Virus record (IMG/VR): IMGVR_UViG_3300028844_003248
Location: 1,540 to 65,539 of that record
Strand: one strand, 5' to 3'
Length of the DNA stretch: 64,000 nt
From: a virus
Lineage: Duplodnaviria > Caudoviricetes
Within the stretch, counting starts at the first letter, position 1. Every line of letters starts with the position of its first letter. The notes below the pieces were generated by a model, which saw only the letters and a program-made list of their open reading frames with translations, was not told the origin of the DNA and did no database searches. Below, in pieces: positions 8,469 through 18,589 of this stretch. The position numbers and the translations under genes were made by a program.

Positions 8469-10691
8469 ATGCTAAAAGTCGTCCCTAATAACCGTGACAC
8501 AGATACTCGTAATATCATGTCACAAACTAAATTTTATGAAGCCTACAGTCGATGGGACGATGATAAGGAAAGGTATGAGACGTGGGATGAATCCGTAACA
8601 CGAGTTATGGATATGCATCGAAATTACTATTCAAGCAAAATGACACCTGCCTTGAATCAGTTGATCAATGAAGCAGAATCATACTACAAGTTACAGTATG
8701 TTCTTGGTGCTCAACGTGCATTGCAGTTTGGTGGTGACCAGATTATGAAGCACATGATGCGTATGTACAACTGTACATCATCCTATGCAGATCGTCCACG
8801 GTTTTTCTCTGAGTGCTTCTATGTCTTATTGTGTGGTGCTGGTGCTGGCTTCTCTGTACAGAAACATCATGTGGATAAAATGCCAAACATTGCTGATCGT
8901 AAGAAACAAGCAAAAGGTTGGGTTATCGAGGATTCCATCGAAGGTTGGGCAGATGCGCTGGGCGTGTTGTTGTCTACATTCTTTGAAGGTGGTGGACAGT
9001 TCCCAGATTTTGAAGGCCGTCGTGTATACTTTGACTTGACACAGATCCGCCCAAAGGGTGCTATGATTTCTGGTGGATTTAAAGCACCAGGTCCAGAACC
9101 ACTTCGCAAGGCACTCGACAAGATTGAGCATCTCGTACAGTCTCGTATTTTGGCTGGCGCAGATCGTCTGCGTCCTATCGACGTATACGATATTGCTATG
9201 CATGCAGCAGATGCTGTACTTGCTGGTGGCGTTCGTCGTTCTGCTACAATCTGTTTATTCTCAGCGGATGATGAAGAGATGACCAAAGCCAAAACAGGCA
9301 ACTGGTTCGTTGATAATCCACAGCGTGGTCGCTCCAACAACAGTGCTGTTATCGTGCGTGATGAGATCACACGTGAACAGTTCAAGGATATTATGGTATC
9401 AATTAAAGAGTTTGGTGAGCCAGGATTTTACTTCGTAGATGATAAAGATTTTACTACGAACCCGTGTGTTGAAATCGGCATGTATCCACAGATTGATGGT
9501 AAGTCTGGTTGGCAAGGTTGTAACCTAACAGAGATCAATGGTTCGAAGTGTACATCTCCAGAAGAGTTCCACAAGGCATGTCGTGCTGGTTCTATTCTTG
9601 GTACACTACAAGCTGGCTATACAGATTTTAAATACCTTGATGACACATCCAAGCAGATCTTTGATCGTGAAGCATTGCTTGGTGTATCGGTTACAGGTTG
9701 GATGAATAACCCAGATGTATTGCTCGATGCTGATGTACAGCGTGAAGGTGCCGCTATCGTACAGAAGGTAAACAAAGAAGTTGCTAAACTTATCGGTATT
9801 AATCCTGCGGCACGTACTACTTGTGTGAAACCAAGTGGCAACGCATCTGTACTCCTACAGACTGCTTCTGGTATCCATGCAGAACACTCACCACGTTATA
9901 TCCGACACATTCAGTTGAATAAAGAATCCGAAGTTGCTCAGTTGATTGCACAGTCTAACCCATACATGGTAGATGAATCAGTATGGTCAAACAACGGCAC
10001 AGACTATTGTGTGGCATTCCCTGTGATTACTCCAGCAAACTCACTATATCGTGAGGAGTTGATGGGTACAGATTTGCTTGAGAAAGTAAAGCTGGTACAA
10101 CAGAACTGGGTAGAAGCTGGTACAAATGAAAAGCAGTGTGCAGATAAACGCATTCGGCATAACGTGTCTAATACTATTACAGTGCTACCGCATATGTGGA
10201 CCGAGGTAGAAGATTATGTGTTTGATAACCGTCACTCATTCTCTGGTATCTCATTCCTTGCTGGATCTGGTGACAAGGACTTTGCACAGGCTCCTAACAC
10301 TGAAGTCAAGACCGAAGAAGAGATTGTACGAGAATACGGTGCAGGTGCTCTTTTTGCTAGTGGCTTAATTGTTGATACATATAAGGCAGGGTTTAGAGAT
10401 CTATGGGAAGCAACCTCTGCGGCACAGTATGCCGTTGGTGGTGAGGTTTCCGATATGAGAAAAGAGTGGGTACGTAGGTTCAATAACTTCAGTGAGAACT
10501 ATTTCATGAACGATATGAAACAGGCAGAGTATTGTTTGAAAGATGTGTTCTTGCTACACAAGTGGACCAAAATCCAACAGAACTTGAACCCTATTGATTT
10601 TGATAATCAGCTAACGCAGAAGACGTTTACTGATATAGATACAATGGGAGCAATAGCATGTCAAGGTGGAGCATGTGAAATCTCCTTTTAA
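8469..10691 (+). CDS. nrdJ: class II (adenosylcobalamin-dependent) ribonucleotide reductase, RTPR type
   Basis: YNC, AGGVRRSA, TNPCVEI, CNLTEIN, TCVKPSG; C-terminal CQGGACE; no nrdB adjacent. Confidence 0.9.
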   Translation: MLKVVPNNRDTDTRNIMSQTKFYEAYSRWDDDKERYETWDESVTRVMDMHRNYYSSKMTPALNQLINEAESYYKLQYVLGAQRALQFGGDQIMKHMMRMYNCTSSYADRPRFFSECFYVLLCGAGAGFSVQKHHVDKMPNIADRKKQAKGWVIEDSIEGWADALGVLLSTFFEGGGQFPDFEGRRVYFDLTQIRPKGAMISGGFKAPGPEPLRKALDKIEHLVQSRILAGADRLRPIDVYDIAMHAADAVLAGGVRRSATICLFSADDEEMTKAKTGNWFVDNPQRGRSNNSAVIVRDEITREQFKDIMVSIKEFGEPGFYFVDDKDFTTNPCVEIGMYPQIDGKSGWQGCNLTEINGSKCTSPEEFHKACRAGSILGTLQAGYTDFKYLDDTSKQIFDREALLGVSVTGWMNNPDVLLDADVQREGAAIVQKVNKEVAKLIGINPAARTTCVKPSGNASVLLQTASGIHAEHSPRYIRHIQLNKESEVAQLIAQSNPYMVDESVWSNNGTDYCVAFPVITPANSLYREELMGTDLLEKVKLVQQNWVEAGTNEKQCADKRIRHNVSNTITVLPHMWTEVEDYVFDNRHSFSGISFLAGSGDKDFAQAPNTEVKTEEEIVREYGAGALFASGLIVDTYKAGFRDLWEATSAAQYAVGGEVSDMRKEWVRRFNNFSENYFMNDMKQAEYCLKDVFLLHKWTKIQQNLNPIDFDNQLTQKTFTDIDTMGAIACQGGACEISF

Positions 10692-10707
10692 TAACTGAGG
10701 AGAGAGC

Positions 10708-10872
10708 ATGACGATAAGAACTATTTACGAAGTGAACTGCAGTTTTTGCGGTCAAGATAGTTTTATTCACAAATTCACTGAAGCAGAAGTTGGGGATGCC
10801 CCTGACTTCTGCCCTATGTGTGGGGAGCCAACAGTGGCAACACTGGTGGACGATGAGGATTGGGATGATTGA
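10708..10872 (+). CDS. small zinc-ribbon protein
   Basis: MTIRTIYEVNCSFCG...DFCPMCGE...DDEDWDD; GAGGAG RBS. Confidence 0.75.
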   Translation: MTIRTIYEVNCSFCGQDSFIHKFTEAEVGDAPDFCPMCGEPTVATLVDDEDWDD

Positions 10873-11449
10873 ATGTCCTAGTGATTTTAGGTGGCAATAT
10901 CTACCCAGATTTCCTACGGAAGTTTTAAATAAAGTTACAGAATATTTTTGGTCAAACTATCCTACCGAAGAAGATATCGCATCAATACCAAATGAAGTTC
11001 CTTATATCGGCAATACATCCTTTGCCAATATGTTTACAGAAACAGCGTTAGTCTTGGATCATCCTCTTTTAAAAAATGCTGTTCTATTTTTTATATCAGA
11101 ACCCAACTCAGGGGTGTCTAATGTCCATACGGATAAATCCAGAGATTTTTCTATAAACTTTCCTATTCAAGTTGACCCTGTAAAGGGTCCATTCTTGTGC
11201 GGTCGTCATAAAGAATATAAGCGTTATATATGGAAAGAGACTGTCATTCTAGACGGTCAAGAAAGCAATCAATTTGGTTATAGAGAAAAAGATTTTGAAA
11301 AAGTACTTCTTGATCAACCCATTCTGTTAAGCACCAAGGTTCCTCATACGTGGGCAAACTACTCTGACAAGCATAGAGTTATAGCATCCTTCTTTTTAAA
11401 AGTTTCAGAGTTAGATGAGGCTATTGCCGTTACAAAGGATTGGATGTGA
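10865..11449 (+). CDS. cupin/2OG-Fe(II) oxygenase-like protein
   Basis: HTD...PH facial-triad-like pattern; paralog of 46483-47130. Confidence 0.55.
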   Translation: MIECPSDFRWQYLPRFPTEVLNKVTEYFWSNYPTEEDIASIPNEVPYIGNTSFANMFTETALVLDHPLLKNAVLFFISEPNSGVSNVHTDKSRDFSINFPIQVDPVKGPFLCGRHKEYKRYIWKETVILDGQESNQFGYREKDFEKVLLDQPILLSTKVPHTWANYSDKHRVIASFFLKVSELDEAIAVTKDWM

Positions 11450-11874
11450 TGTGGTATTATAAAAATGAACCTTTCAGTGCCGATGCGCCATCATTACACA
11501 TATCAGAATATCAAGGGTTTGTGTATGTCATCACGGATCTTACCAATAACAAAAAGTACGTCGGTAAAAAAGGATTCTGGTCAAAGAAAACACTTCCGCC
11601 ACTCAAAGGAAAAACCAGAAAGAGGCGTAGTATTGTCGAATCAGATTGGAAAATCTACTATGGATCATCTGATCAGGTTAAACAAATTCTACAAGAAAAT
11701 GGAGAACAAAGCTTTCATCGTGAGATATTACATCTCTGTAAATCAAAAGGTGAGATGTCATACCTTGAAGCAAAGGAACAGTTTGATAGACGTGTATTGC
11801 TAGACGATAACTACTACAATGGTATCATAAACTGTAAGATCCATCGGTCTCATGTTAAGGGTTTACATGACTGA
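11449..11874 (+). CDS. denA: GIY-YIG endonuclease (T4 endonuclease II-like)
   Basis: GFVYVIT..KKYVGKK, YYGSS, REIL, YYNGII; short protein with no DNA-binding tail. Confidence 0.7.
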   Translation: MWYYKNEPFSADAPSLHISEYQGFVYVITDLTNNKKYVGKKGFWSKKTLPPLKGKTRKRRSIVESDWKIYYGSSDQVKQILQENGEQSFHREILHLCKSKGEMSYLEAKEQFDRRVLLDDNYYNGIINCKIHRSHVKGLHD

Positions 11875-11890
11875 AAATATATGGTATAAT
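11862..11890 (+). promoter_or_regulatory. sigma70-like promoter
   Basis: TTTACA-17 bp-TATAAT with extended TG, upstream of rnh. Confidence 0.65.
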
Positions 11891-11915
11891 GATGTGAACA
11901 AAAAAGAGGTATATT

Positions 11916-12776
11916 ATGATTATCGTAGACTATAATGCTATCGCAATCGGTGGTGTTGTCGGTTCAAAGATGGGACTTGATGAGAACTTCATCAGGCATA
12001 CCATTCTGAACTCACTACGCATGTATAAGAAGAAGTTCAATGACTATGGAGATATGGTCATTGTCTCTGATGCTGGTGGTAACTGGCGCAAGGATGTGTT
12101 CCCACAATACAAAGCCAAGCGTAAGAGTGGTCGAGACGATTCCAAAATTGATTGGGAAGAGGTATTTCGTATTACACATATGGTACGTGATGAGATTGCT
12201 GAACACTTTCATTGGCGTGTTATTCACCAGTGGGGATGTGAAGCAGATGATGTGATTGCAACACTGTGTCAACGGACACAAGAGTTCGGTAACCATGAGC
12301 CTGTTATGATTGTATCGGCTGATCATGATTTCAAGCAGTTACAAGTTTATGATAACGTGAAGCAGTATTCCCCCCTACATAAAAAGTTTGTTGTGGCAGA
12401 ACCATCTGCTGCTGAGTATCGTTTGGAGCATATCATCAAAGGTTGCTCTGGTGACGGTGTGCCAAATGTACTATCTGACGATGACACATTCGTCGATGAG
12501 AGCAAACGCCAGACACCAATGTCTAAAAAGAAACTACAGATGTTGATGGAAGATCCTAGGTCTCTTGGTGAACAAGTATATCGTAACTATATTCGTAATG
12601 AAAAACTTGTGTCATTGACTGATAAAAAACATGATATTCCAGAATCTGTACGATCTGATATTATAAATACATTCGAAGAACAACACACTCGTTGGCATAA
12701 CAAAGGTAAGATCTTTCCATACCTTGTAGAAAAACGTTGCCGACACTTGATAGAAAGCATTGAGGACTTTTTTTAA
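11916..12776 (+). CDS. rnh: T4-like RNase H (5'-3' exonuclease)
   Basis: WRKDVFPQYKAKR, EADDVIA, SADHDFKQL, GCSGDGVPN. Confidence 0.9.
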   Translation: MIIVDYNAIAIGGVVGSKMGLDENFIRHTILNSLRMYKKKFNDYGDMVIVSDAGGNWRKDVFPQYKAKRKSGRDDSKIDWEEVFRITHMVRDEIAEHFHWRVIHQWGCEADDVIATLCQRTQEFGNHEPVMIVSADHDFKQLQVYDNVKQYSPLHKKFVVAEPSAAEYRLEHIIKGCSGDGVPNVLSDDDTFVDESKRQTPMSKKKLQMLMEDPRSLGEQVYRNYIRNEKLVSLTDKKHDIPESVRSDIINTFEEQHTRWHNKGKIFPYLVEKRCRHLIESIEDFF

Positions 12777-13192
12777 TGAGATACACTTATGAGATATTTG
12801 AAGCAGTGACCAAAGCCAAAACAGCGGCTGAGAAGAAAGATATTCTAACACAGAACGAAAAAGAATGGGCAATGAAGGATCTGATTAAAGGAACCTTTGA
12901 TGACTCATTGGAGTTTCTCTTGCCAAAAGGTGAAGTGCCATACACAGCATGTCAGGAACATAATGCCCCATCCGACTGGAAACGACAGCATAAGCAGTTG
13001 CGGTACGTGGTGAAGGGTGGCCCTGGCGAAAAGATGAGTGCTATCAAAAGAGAACACATATTCTTGGGTATGTTGGAATCGATACATCCCAAGGATGCAG
13101 AACTAGTTGTCAAAATGATTAATAAAGATAAGACACTAGCAAAAGGACTCACTAAAAAACTAGTAAAGGAGGTATTTCCAAGTCTTATATGA
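12776..13192 (+). CDS. conserved T4-like hypothetical protein
   Basis: LPKGEVPY..KREHIFLGMLESIHPKDAEL pattern. Confidence 0.75.
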   Translation: MRYTYEIFEAVTKAKTAAEKKDILTQNEKEWAMKDLIKGTFDDSLEFLLPKGEVPYTACQEHNAPSDWKRQHKQLRYVVKGGPGEKMSAIKREHIFLGMLESIHPKDAELVVKMINKDKTLAKGLTKKLVKEVFPSLI

Positions 13193-13231
13193 AATTAAAC
13201 TCTAGCAAGAAGGATAATACTTTTTAGTTCT

Positions 13232-13265
13232 GGGACGTGTCACTTTTGTGGCTCGTCCCTTTTTT
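13232..13265 (+). terminator. intrinsic terminator
   Basis: GGGACG...CGTCCC hairpin followed by T6. Confidence 0.65.
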
Positions 13266-13298
13266 CATTTCTATCAACCATTAAGGATAAAGAAATTC

Positions 13299-13469
13299 AT
13301 GCTTTCAATTCAAATAGATCGTTTAAAAAAAGATTCGAAGAAACTAAGTTACTACGCTGAAAGATACAAGAAACAAGGAAAGACAGACCGAATGTATAAA
13401 ATATTAAAAAAGCAGAAGTTCCTAGACGATCAGATATTTGAGATGCAAGAGGCTAAAACAGCAAGTTAG
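13299..13469 (+). CDS. small basic hypothetical protein
   Basis: MLSIQIDRLKK...; AAGGA upstream. Confidence 0.6.
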   Translation: MLSIQIDRLKKDSKKLSYYAERYKKQGKTDRMYKILKKQKFLDDQIFEMQEAKTAS

Positions 13470-13906
13470 GGGGTAACCGTAATCTCTTTAATACGGTGGG
13501 GCTGATCTAGTACCCATATAATTACATCGTGGACATAATCAAGACTCATCTTTTTAACGTCTTTATGTGCAGATCTCTCTGTATCAAAATAGCCAAAGTT
13601 GATAATGGTTGTGTCCACGTTTTGCCAGAATAAGGCATCGTTGGCATCTCTCAGTTGTTTCTTTTCAAGACCATATCGGAAGTTGTCTTTATACCCCTTA
13701 GTCCAATCAGATCCAGCAGATCCAATGTTAATGATTCTCTTACCTTGCTCTGCTGCTTGATATAGACGATGTACTTGTAGATATCCATCATGTTTATTGT
13801 TAATAAATACCTCGCAATCTTCCATGGTAGATACACACTTCTCTGGATATCGATCAATCCAATACCTACCCAATCCACGTCTTGTACCATTAATAAAAAA
13901 TTCCAT
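13466..13906 (-). CDS. short-chain dehydrogenase/reductase-like protein (truncated Rossmann fold)
   Basis: INGTRRGLG, VFINN, IINIGS, YGLEK (YxxxK), GYFDTE. Confidence 0.75.
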   Translation of the reverse strand: MEFFINGTRRGLGRYWIDRYPEKCVSTMEDCEVFINNKHDGYLQVHRLYQAAEQGKRIINIGSAGSDWTKGYKDNFRYGLEKKQLRDANDALFWQNVDTTIINFGYFDTERSAHKDVKKMSLDYVHDVIIWVLDQPHRIKEITVTP

Positions 13907-13939
13907 TGTGTTCCCCCTGTGCTTAAAGGCTGATAACCT

Positions 13940-13968
13940 ATTATATACTGATTCGCACGATTCGTCAA
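13940..13968 (-). promoter_or_regulatory. early promoter with two CGAATCR motifs
   Basis: TTGACG-17 bp-TATAAT on the minus strand. Confidence 0.75.
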
Positions 13969-14059
13969 TCCTGCAAAAAGTATCAGAAAAAAGGTGATAA
14001 CAATTTTAAACTAAATGCTAAGTGCTTGAGTTTGCTTATCTTTTTTCAAAAGTTTTCTC

Positions 14060-14088
14060 TTGACCATCTGAGCGTATAATGCTATTGT
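14060..14088 (+). promoter_or_regulatory. early promoter
   Basis: TTGACC-17 bp-TATTGT with TG extension, followed by the conserved leader TATGTAATCAAGAGAAAGAGAGAATCAC. Confidence 0.65.
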
Positions 14089-14120
14089 ATATATGTAATC
14101 AAGAGAAAGAGAGAATCACT

Positions 14121-14357
14121 ATGTTTCGCATTCCCCCCTTCAACCAGATGAATGAAATGACTTTAGAAGAAGCTAAAGGTATCATCACCAATCTCGGTGG
14201 TACCAAAACTCTTCTTGATGGTCTTGAGTACATGGACAACATGTGGAAAGAGCATTGTTTCAATGAAGATGATGACGATGATTTCTATGACACTTGGATC
14301 TATGAGGTAAATGCCTTCAATGTCGTATTCAAAAAAATGCAGCCTCTCTTTGCTTGA
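14121..14357 (+). CDS. hypothetical early protein
   Basis: ATG follows the conserved leader; acidic. Confidence 0.7.
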   Translation: MFRIPPFNQMNEMTLEEAKGIITNLGGTKTLLDGLEYMDNMWKEHCFNEDDDDDFYDTWIYEVNAFNVVFKKMQPLFA

Positions 14358-14802
14358 GTTTGAGGGATATAAACTGAGCCAAAAGCAGAAAGCCTTGATC
14401 AGCAAGGCTACTGCGATTGTGCTGTCCAATCTTGTATCGAAGCGGATGGCTGAGTCTCTGGAAATCACCATTGAGATAAACCGAAAGCTGTTCAAAGAAA
14501 CAGGCACCCTTGGTAACTGTGGTCTTGAGGATGATGCACGGTCTCCTAAGTATTTCACGATTGAACTGAACTACGGTGGAGCAAGCATGATGGATGAACT
14601 CATTCAGACACTGTGTCATGAACTGGTTCACGTTGTTCAATATGCTCAACGGCGGATGCGGTGTCTTTCTGGTTCTTATGCCGTAGCATGGGGAAAGGAT
14701 CACTACAATACGCAAGAGATTGCTTATGATGATCGGCCTTGGGAAATCGAAGCATTTGAGTTAGAAGAGATGCTATATAGTAAGGTAAAGGAAACGCTTT
14801 AA
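14311..14802 (+). CDS. putative zinc metallopeptidase (HExxH); start codon uncertain
   Basis: TLCHELVHVVQ and PWEIEA motifs. Confidence 0.75.
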   Translation: MPSMSYSKKCSLSLLEFEGYKLSQKQKALISKATAIVLSNLVSKRMAESLEITIEINRKLFKETGTLGNCGLEDDARSPKYFTIELNYGGASMMDELIQTLCHELVHVVQYAQRRMRCLSGSYAVAWGKDHYNTQEIAYDDRPWEIEAFELEEMLYSKVKETL

Positions 14803-14815
14803 CACGAGGAAACAA

Positions 14816-15046
14816 ATGCCCCAATACACAATGAGAGATATTAAAACCAAGGAAGAGTTTGAGGTAACTTGCACTTGGACAGAGATGCAAGAGTTACTTA
14901 ATGAGAACACTAATCTGGTTCAAAAACTATCCACGCCAAAGATTATCTCTGGTAGGAGTGGTGGCATGAAAGTTCCAGATGGATTTACCGATTTGAAAAA
15001 GAATATCAAAAAACACTCTGGTCGAGGCAATACGATTAAAATATGA
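14816..15046 (+). CDS. conserved small protein upstream of phoH (FmdB-like)
   Basis: MPQYTMRD..EEFE..KVPDGF pattern. Confidence 0.65.
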   Translation: MPQYTMRDIKTKEEFEVTCTWTEMQELLNENTNLVQKLSTPKIISGRSGGMKVPDGFTDLKKNIKKHSGRGNTIKI

Positions 15047-15744
15047 GCAACAAAACTCTCAACACTTCTCCTTGTCGGTTAAGTGATATGTATGAATTTG
15101 AAGCACTGACAGACAACCAACAGAAAGCAAGGGATGCATGGGAAGAAGACCATCACCTTGTTTTGAGTGGATCTGCTGGTACAGGCAAGACATATCTTGG
15201 AATGTATTTCGCTCTCGAAAAAGTTTTAAGTAAAGAAACCAGCTTCGATAAAGTTATCATCATTCGTTCTATCGTGCCTACACGTGAGATTGGATATCTA
15301 CCTGGAACCAGAGAAGAGAAGGAGTCTCCATACACTATTCCTTATGTGGACATATGCGCTGATATTCTGGATACTGGCAATGCCTATCAGAAGTTGGTTT
15401 TGCAAGGCAAAGCCGAGTTCATGAGCACATCCTTTATTCGTGGCACCACATTTGATAACTGCATTGTCCTCGTGGATGAGATGCAGAACTTGAACTTCCA
15501 CGAACTAGATTCTGTAATCACACGAGTGGGTGAAAACTGCAGAATGATTATGTGTGGAGACTACTACCAATCTGATTTTGAAAAAGATAGAGACAAGAAC
15601 GGTGTTATACAGTTTCTAAACATTCTAGAGCAACTCACCAAGTTTGAGACCATAGAGTTTACTTGGAAAGATATCGTCAGATCAGACTTTGTTCGTGATT
15701 ATATCATGACAAAAGAAATGTTAGGGGTTGACAGAATCTCTTAA
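15043..15744 (+). CDS. phoH: PhoH-family ATPase
   Basis: GSAGTGKT, IGYLPG, FIRGTTF, DEMQN, TRVG, GDYYQSD, DIVRS. Confidence 0.95.
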   Translation: MSNKTLNTSPCRLSDMYEFEALTDNQQKARDAWEEDHHLVLSGSAGTGKTYLGMYFALEKVLSKETSFDKVIIIRSIVPTREIGYLPGTREEKESPYTIPYVDICADILDTGNAYQKLVLQGKAEFMSTSFIRGTTFDNCIVLVDEMQNLNFHELDSVITRVGENCRMIMCGDYYQSDFEKDRDKNGVIQFLNILEQLTKFETIEFTWKDIVRSDFVRDYIMTKEMLGVDRIS

Positions 15745-15756
15745 AAGACCTATAAT
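15728..15756 (+). promoter_or_regulatory. sigma70-like promoter
   Basis: TTGACA-17 bp-TATAAT; GAATC directly after -35. Confidence 0.75.
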
Positions 15757-15799
15757 AGAATCATAAACGAAACAACTGTGAAAAGGCACAACCCCTAGA

Positions 15800-15973
15800 A
15801 TGGCAAAATACTCTCGTTACGATCCTCGAAACAAGAACAAAGGTAAGCAGAAAGAACGAACGCTGGAGAAAGATAATCGGATCAAAGACTCCACGGTAAA
15901 AGGTACTAAACTAAAATTGAAGTCATATCAAGCAGAGAAACTGGCTGAGATTACACAAAAAGAAGATATATAA
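15800..15973 (+). CDS. small basic hypothetical protein
   Basis: MAKYSRYDPRNKNKGK...; stop overlaps the next ATG. Confidence 0.6.
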   Translation: MAKYSRYDPRNKNKGKQKERTLEKDNRIKDSTVKGTKLKLKSYQAEKLAEITQKEDI

Positions 15974-16560
15974 TGAAATATGAATATAGTGACAATCTAA
16001 TCCTCACTGACTGTGATGGAGTATTAATGAACTGGGAGTATGCATTCATTACATGGATGACTCGTAAAGGTTTTGAACAGATAAATAGCACCGACTATGA
16101 TGTTGGAAAACGTTTTGGTATGGAGAAAGAAGAGAGCCGTAAATATGTTCGTATGTTTAACGAATCTGCTGCTATCGGTTTCTTACCACCTTTACGTGAT
16201 GCTATTCATTACATTGATTTGTTACACCGTAAGTATGGTTATGTATTTCACATGATCACTTCTTTGAGTAATGATCCTCAAGCACAAGAGTTGCGTATCG
16301 CTAACACCAAGAAACTTTTTGGCGAGACTGCGTTTGAGAAGTTTGTATTCCTTGATACTGGTGCTGACAAAGACGAAGCACTTGAACCATATCGTGACAC
16401 TGGATTGCCATGGATTGAAGATAAGCCTGAGAATGCCGATTTGGGTTGGCGCATGGGTCTTAATAGTATGCTTGTTGAGCATGGTCACAACATGAACCAT
16501 GCACCTCAAACAACACACAAAAACTGGAAATCTATTTTCTACACCTTAACAGGAGAATAA
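15973..16560 (+). CDS. HAD-superfamily nucleotidase-like protein (T4 30.2-like)
   Basis: TDCDGVL, ITS, WIEDK. Confidence 0.8.
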   Translation: MKYEYSDNLILTDCDGVLMNWEYAFITWMTRKGFEQINSTDYDVGKRFGMEKEESRKYVRMFNESAAIGFLPPLRDAIHYIDLLHRKYGYVFHMITSLSNDPQAQELRIANTKKLFGETAFEKFVFLDTGADKDEALEPYRDTGLPWIEDKPENADLGWRMGLNSMLVEHGHNMNHAPQTTHKNWKSIFYTLTGE

Positions 16561-16562
16561 AT

Positions 16563-16832
16563 ATGGACAATGTTTTTACGGCACTTGCCTTCCGTTCTCG
16601 TTGGGAAGACATCACACAATCGTTTCGTTTTTCAGAAAATGAGAGGCATCAAGGTACTATAGATAACTTGATGTGGTTTCTAAAAGAAGGCAAGAAAAGC
16701 AATGCTCGTAGAAAGCACTATAATGAAGCAGTGCATCTAGCGGAAGTGATTCTAGGACTCCATGATAAAATTGACAAAGAACCCAAATCTGATAACAAAC
16801 AAAAGAATCAGGGAGAACTGGTATCCTGTTAA
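16563..16832 (+). CDS. hypothetical protein
   Basis: AGGAG RBS; 89 aa. Confidence 0.55.
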   Translation: MDNVFTALAFRSRWEDITQSFRFSENERHQGTIDNLMWFLKEGKKSNARRKHYNEAVHLAEVILGLHDKIDKEPKSDNKQKNQGELVSC

Positions 16833-17640
16833 CAAACGACAAAGGATCATAGCCAAGGCAACAGTAGGCTGTGGTGATATTATGTTTGCCTATAATGTCG
16901 CCCATTTAAGATCCCATATAATAGAGAAGCCAGTGTATCTTGAGGTGCACTGGTTTTATCCAGAAGATTACTACCATCATTTTGAAGATCCAGAGACATT
17001 ACCAGAGAGAGCCGAATATCTTCTAAAGTTCTACAATAATGATACAACAGATGTCATTATAGACCACAAATTTAACTCCACGGATTGGTCTCTCTATTAT
17101 AAAAAGTTTATTGGGTTTGAAGATAAGTATGGAGAGGTTCGTAGAGGAACCAAAAGACCTAGTAATATTAAAATAAATGAGTGGCAGTTTAGAGATATAG
17201 ATATCCCTGTTGTCAATAAGAAGATCACTATATGGCATTCTGCTTTAAACAGTGAGTTACCAAGACCCTTCAAGAGAACGTTTAACTTGAAAGAATGGGA
17301 CCAAGTAAAGAAGATCTTAGAGATACAAGGTTATAGTGTTACGTTCATTGATTATAGAACACCTATTCGAGAAGTTCTTTACCATATTGCTAGTTGCGAA
17401 TGTGTGATCTGTTATGAAGGAATGTGGCACTACGTAGCCAAGAATCTAAACAAACCTATGATTGTTCTCACCAAAGATTTGATTACAGGGTTTCACACAC
17501 CTGCTGCAGTCAAATACAAGGTCAGAAAAGTCGAACAGCATCAGATCAGTTACTTTTATGATATTGATAACAAGATAATCGAAGCCAAATCCATGGCTGA
17601 AAAACAAAGAAAAAAGTTGAGTTTACTATATGAAAATTGA
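16762..17640 (+). CDS. putative GT-B glycosyltransferase (GT9/heptosyltransferase-like)
   Basis: GCGDIM near the N-terminus; C-terminal IASCECVICYEGMWHYVAKNLNKPMIVL resembles the GT9 motif. Confidence 0.55.
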   Translation: MIKLTKNPNLITNKRIRENWYPVNKRQRIIAKATVGCGDIMFAYNVAHLRSHIIEKPVYLEVHWFYPEDYYHHFEDPETLPERAEYLLKFYNNDTTDVIIDHKFNSTDWSLYYKKFIGFEDKYGEVRRGTKRPSNIKINEWQFRDIDIPVVNKKITIWHSALNSELPRPFKRTFNLKEWDQVKKILEIQGYSVTFIDYRTPIREVLYHIASCECVICYEGMWHYVAKNLNKPMIVLTKDLITGFHTPAAVKYKVRKVEQHQISYFYDIDNKIIEAKSMAEKQRKKLSLLYEN

Positions 17641-18589
17641 TAGAGCGGTAATCGAGATCAATGGTGGGTGTAACTACACTTGTCAGATGTGTCCACAAAC
17701 AAATCCAGATGGAACACACGGTGCACGTGGTAAGAACTGGCTCAAGAAAATGTCACTCACAGAGTTTGAAGATAATGTTGCTCAGTGTGCAGAAGCAGGG
17801 TTGAATGTGGTAAACTTAGATGGTTCTGGAGAGGTAACACTGAACCGTAATCTGCCAGAATACATCAAGATCGTAAAGAAGTATGGTGCCAAGGCATTCA
17901 TGTTCTCAAACGGTCTGCGTATGTCATATAACTTTATGAACGAGACTGTTGATGCTGGTTGTGATTTCTTTCGGTTTTCTATTATAGGATACAATGCTGA
18001 CCTTTATTGGAAGTGGATGAATAGCCCATACTTTGGAAAGGTGATTAAAAACCTACATGATATGCAAGAGTATGTAACCAAGACAGGATCTGATTGTGTC
18101 GTTGCTACCTATCATCTTGTTCTGGATAATGACAATATCGACTATGAGGTTGAGCAATATAAAAAGATTGTAGAAGGTGCTGGAGTCAGTACAGAGATTT
18201 GGAAAATGCACAACTGGTCTGGTGTGTATGAACCAGAGTATGCAAGGAAAGGCAAACTCAAAACTTGTGGCAGACCGTTCTCACCTGACGTAGTAATCCG
18301 AGCAGGTGGTCTCGATGGTAACAAAGGTGCTATCCATCCTTGCTGCCAAGTATTGGGTAGAGATGATGAAGCCGTTCTGGGTCATATGAGCACGAACACA
18401 CTTGAAGAGATCTGGTATGGCGAGCCTTATAACCAACTGAGAAAGCAGCACGAGATGGGAGATTTTCCAGACTTCTGTAAAGGTTGTGATTTCTTGATTG
18501 ATGATCCAGAGGTTCTTGTATACACCAATCATGATAGAAAAAACTACAAGATGCACGGTACGGAATTTGACCTCAATGACTATCGCTAA
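17630..18589 (+). CDS. radical SAM protein with SPASM/twitch domain
   Basis: CNYTCQMC; GSGE; C-terminal CGRPF..HPCC..LEEIW..CKGC. Confidence 0.9.
   Translation: MKIDRAVIEINGGCNYTCQMCPQTNPDGTHGARGKNWLKKMSLTEFEDNVAQCAEAGLNVVNLDGSGEVTLNRNLPEYIKIVKKYGAKAFMFSNGLRMSYNFMNETVDAGCDFFRFSIIGYNADLYWKWMNSPYFGKVIKNLHDMQEYVTKTGSDCVVATYHLVLDNDNIDYEVEQYKKIVEGAGVSTEIWKMHNWSGVYEPEYARKGKLKTCGRPFSPDVVIRAGGLDGNKGAIHPCCQVLGRDDEAVLGHMSTNTLEEIWYGEPYNQLRKQHEMGDFPDFCKGCDFLIDDPEVLVYTNHDRKNYKMHGTEFDLNDYR

Noticed and set aside
8469-10691. Intron or intein in the RNR gene
   Set aside because: The ORF is continuous, of ordinary length, and has no intein motifs
11449-11874. Mobile GIY-YIG homing endonuclease
   Set aside because: Short, has no C-terminal DNA-binding repeats and is not in an intron; fits DenA/endonuclease II better
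12662-12669. TATAAATA late promoter inside rnh
   Set aside because: Over 100 nt from the next start, in AT-rich coding DNA; may be chance, so not listed as a feature
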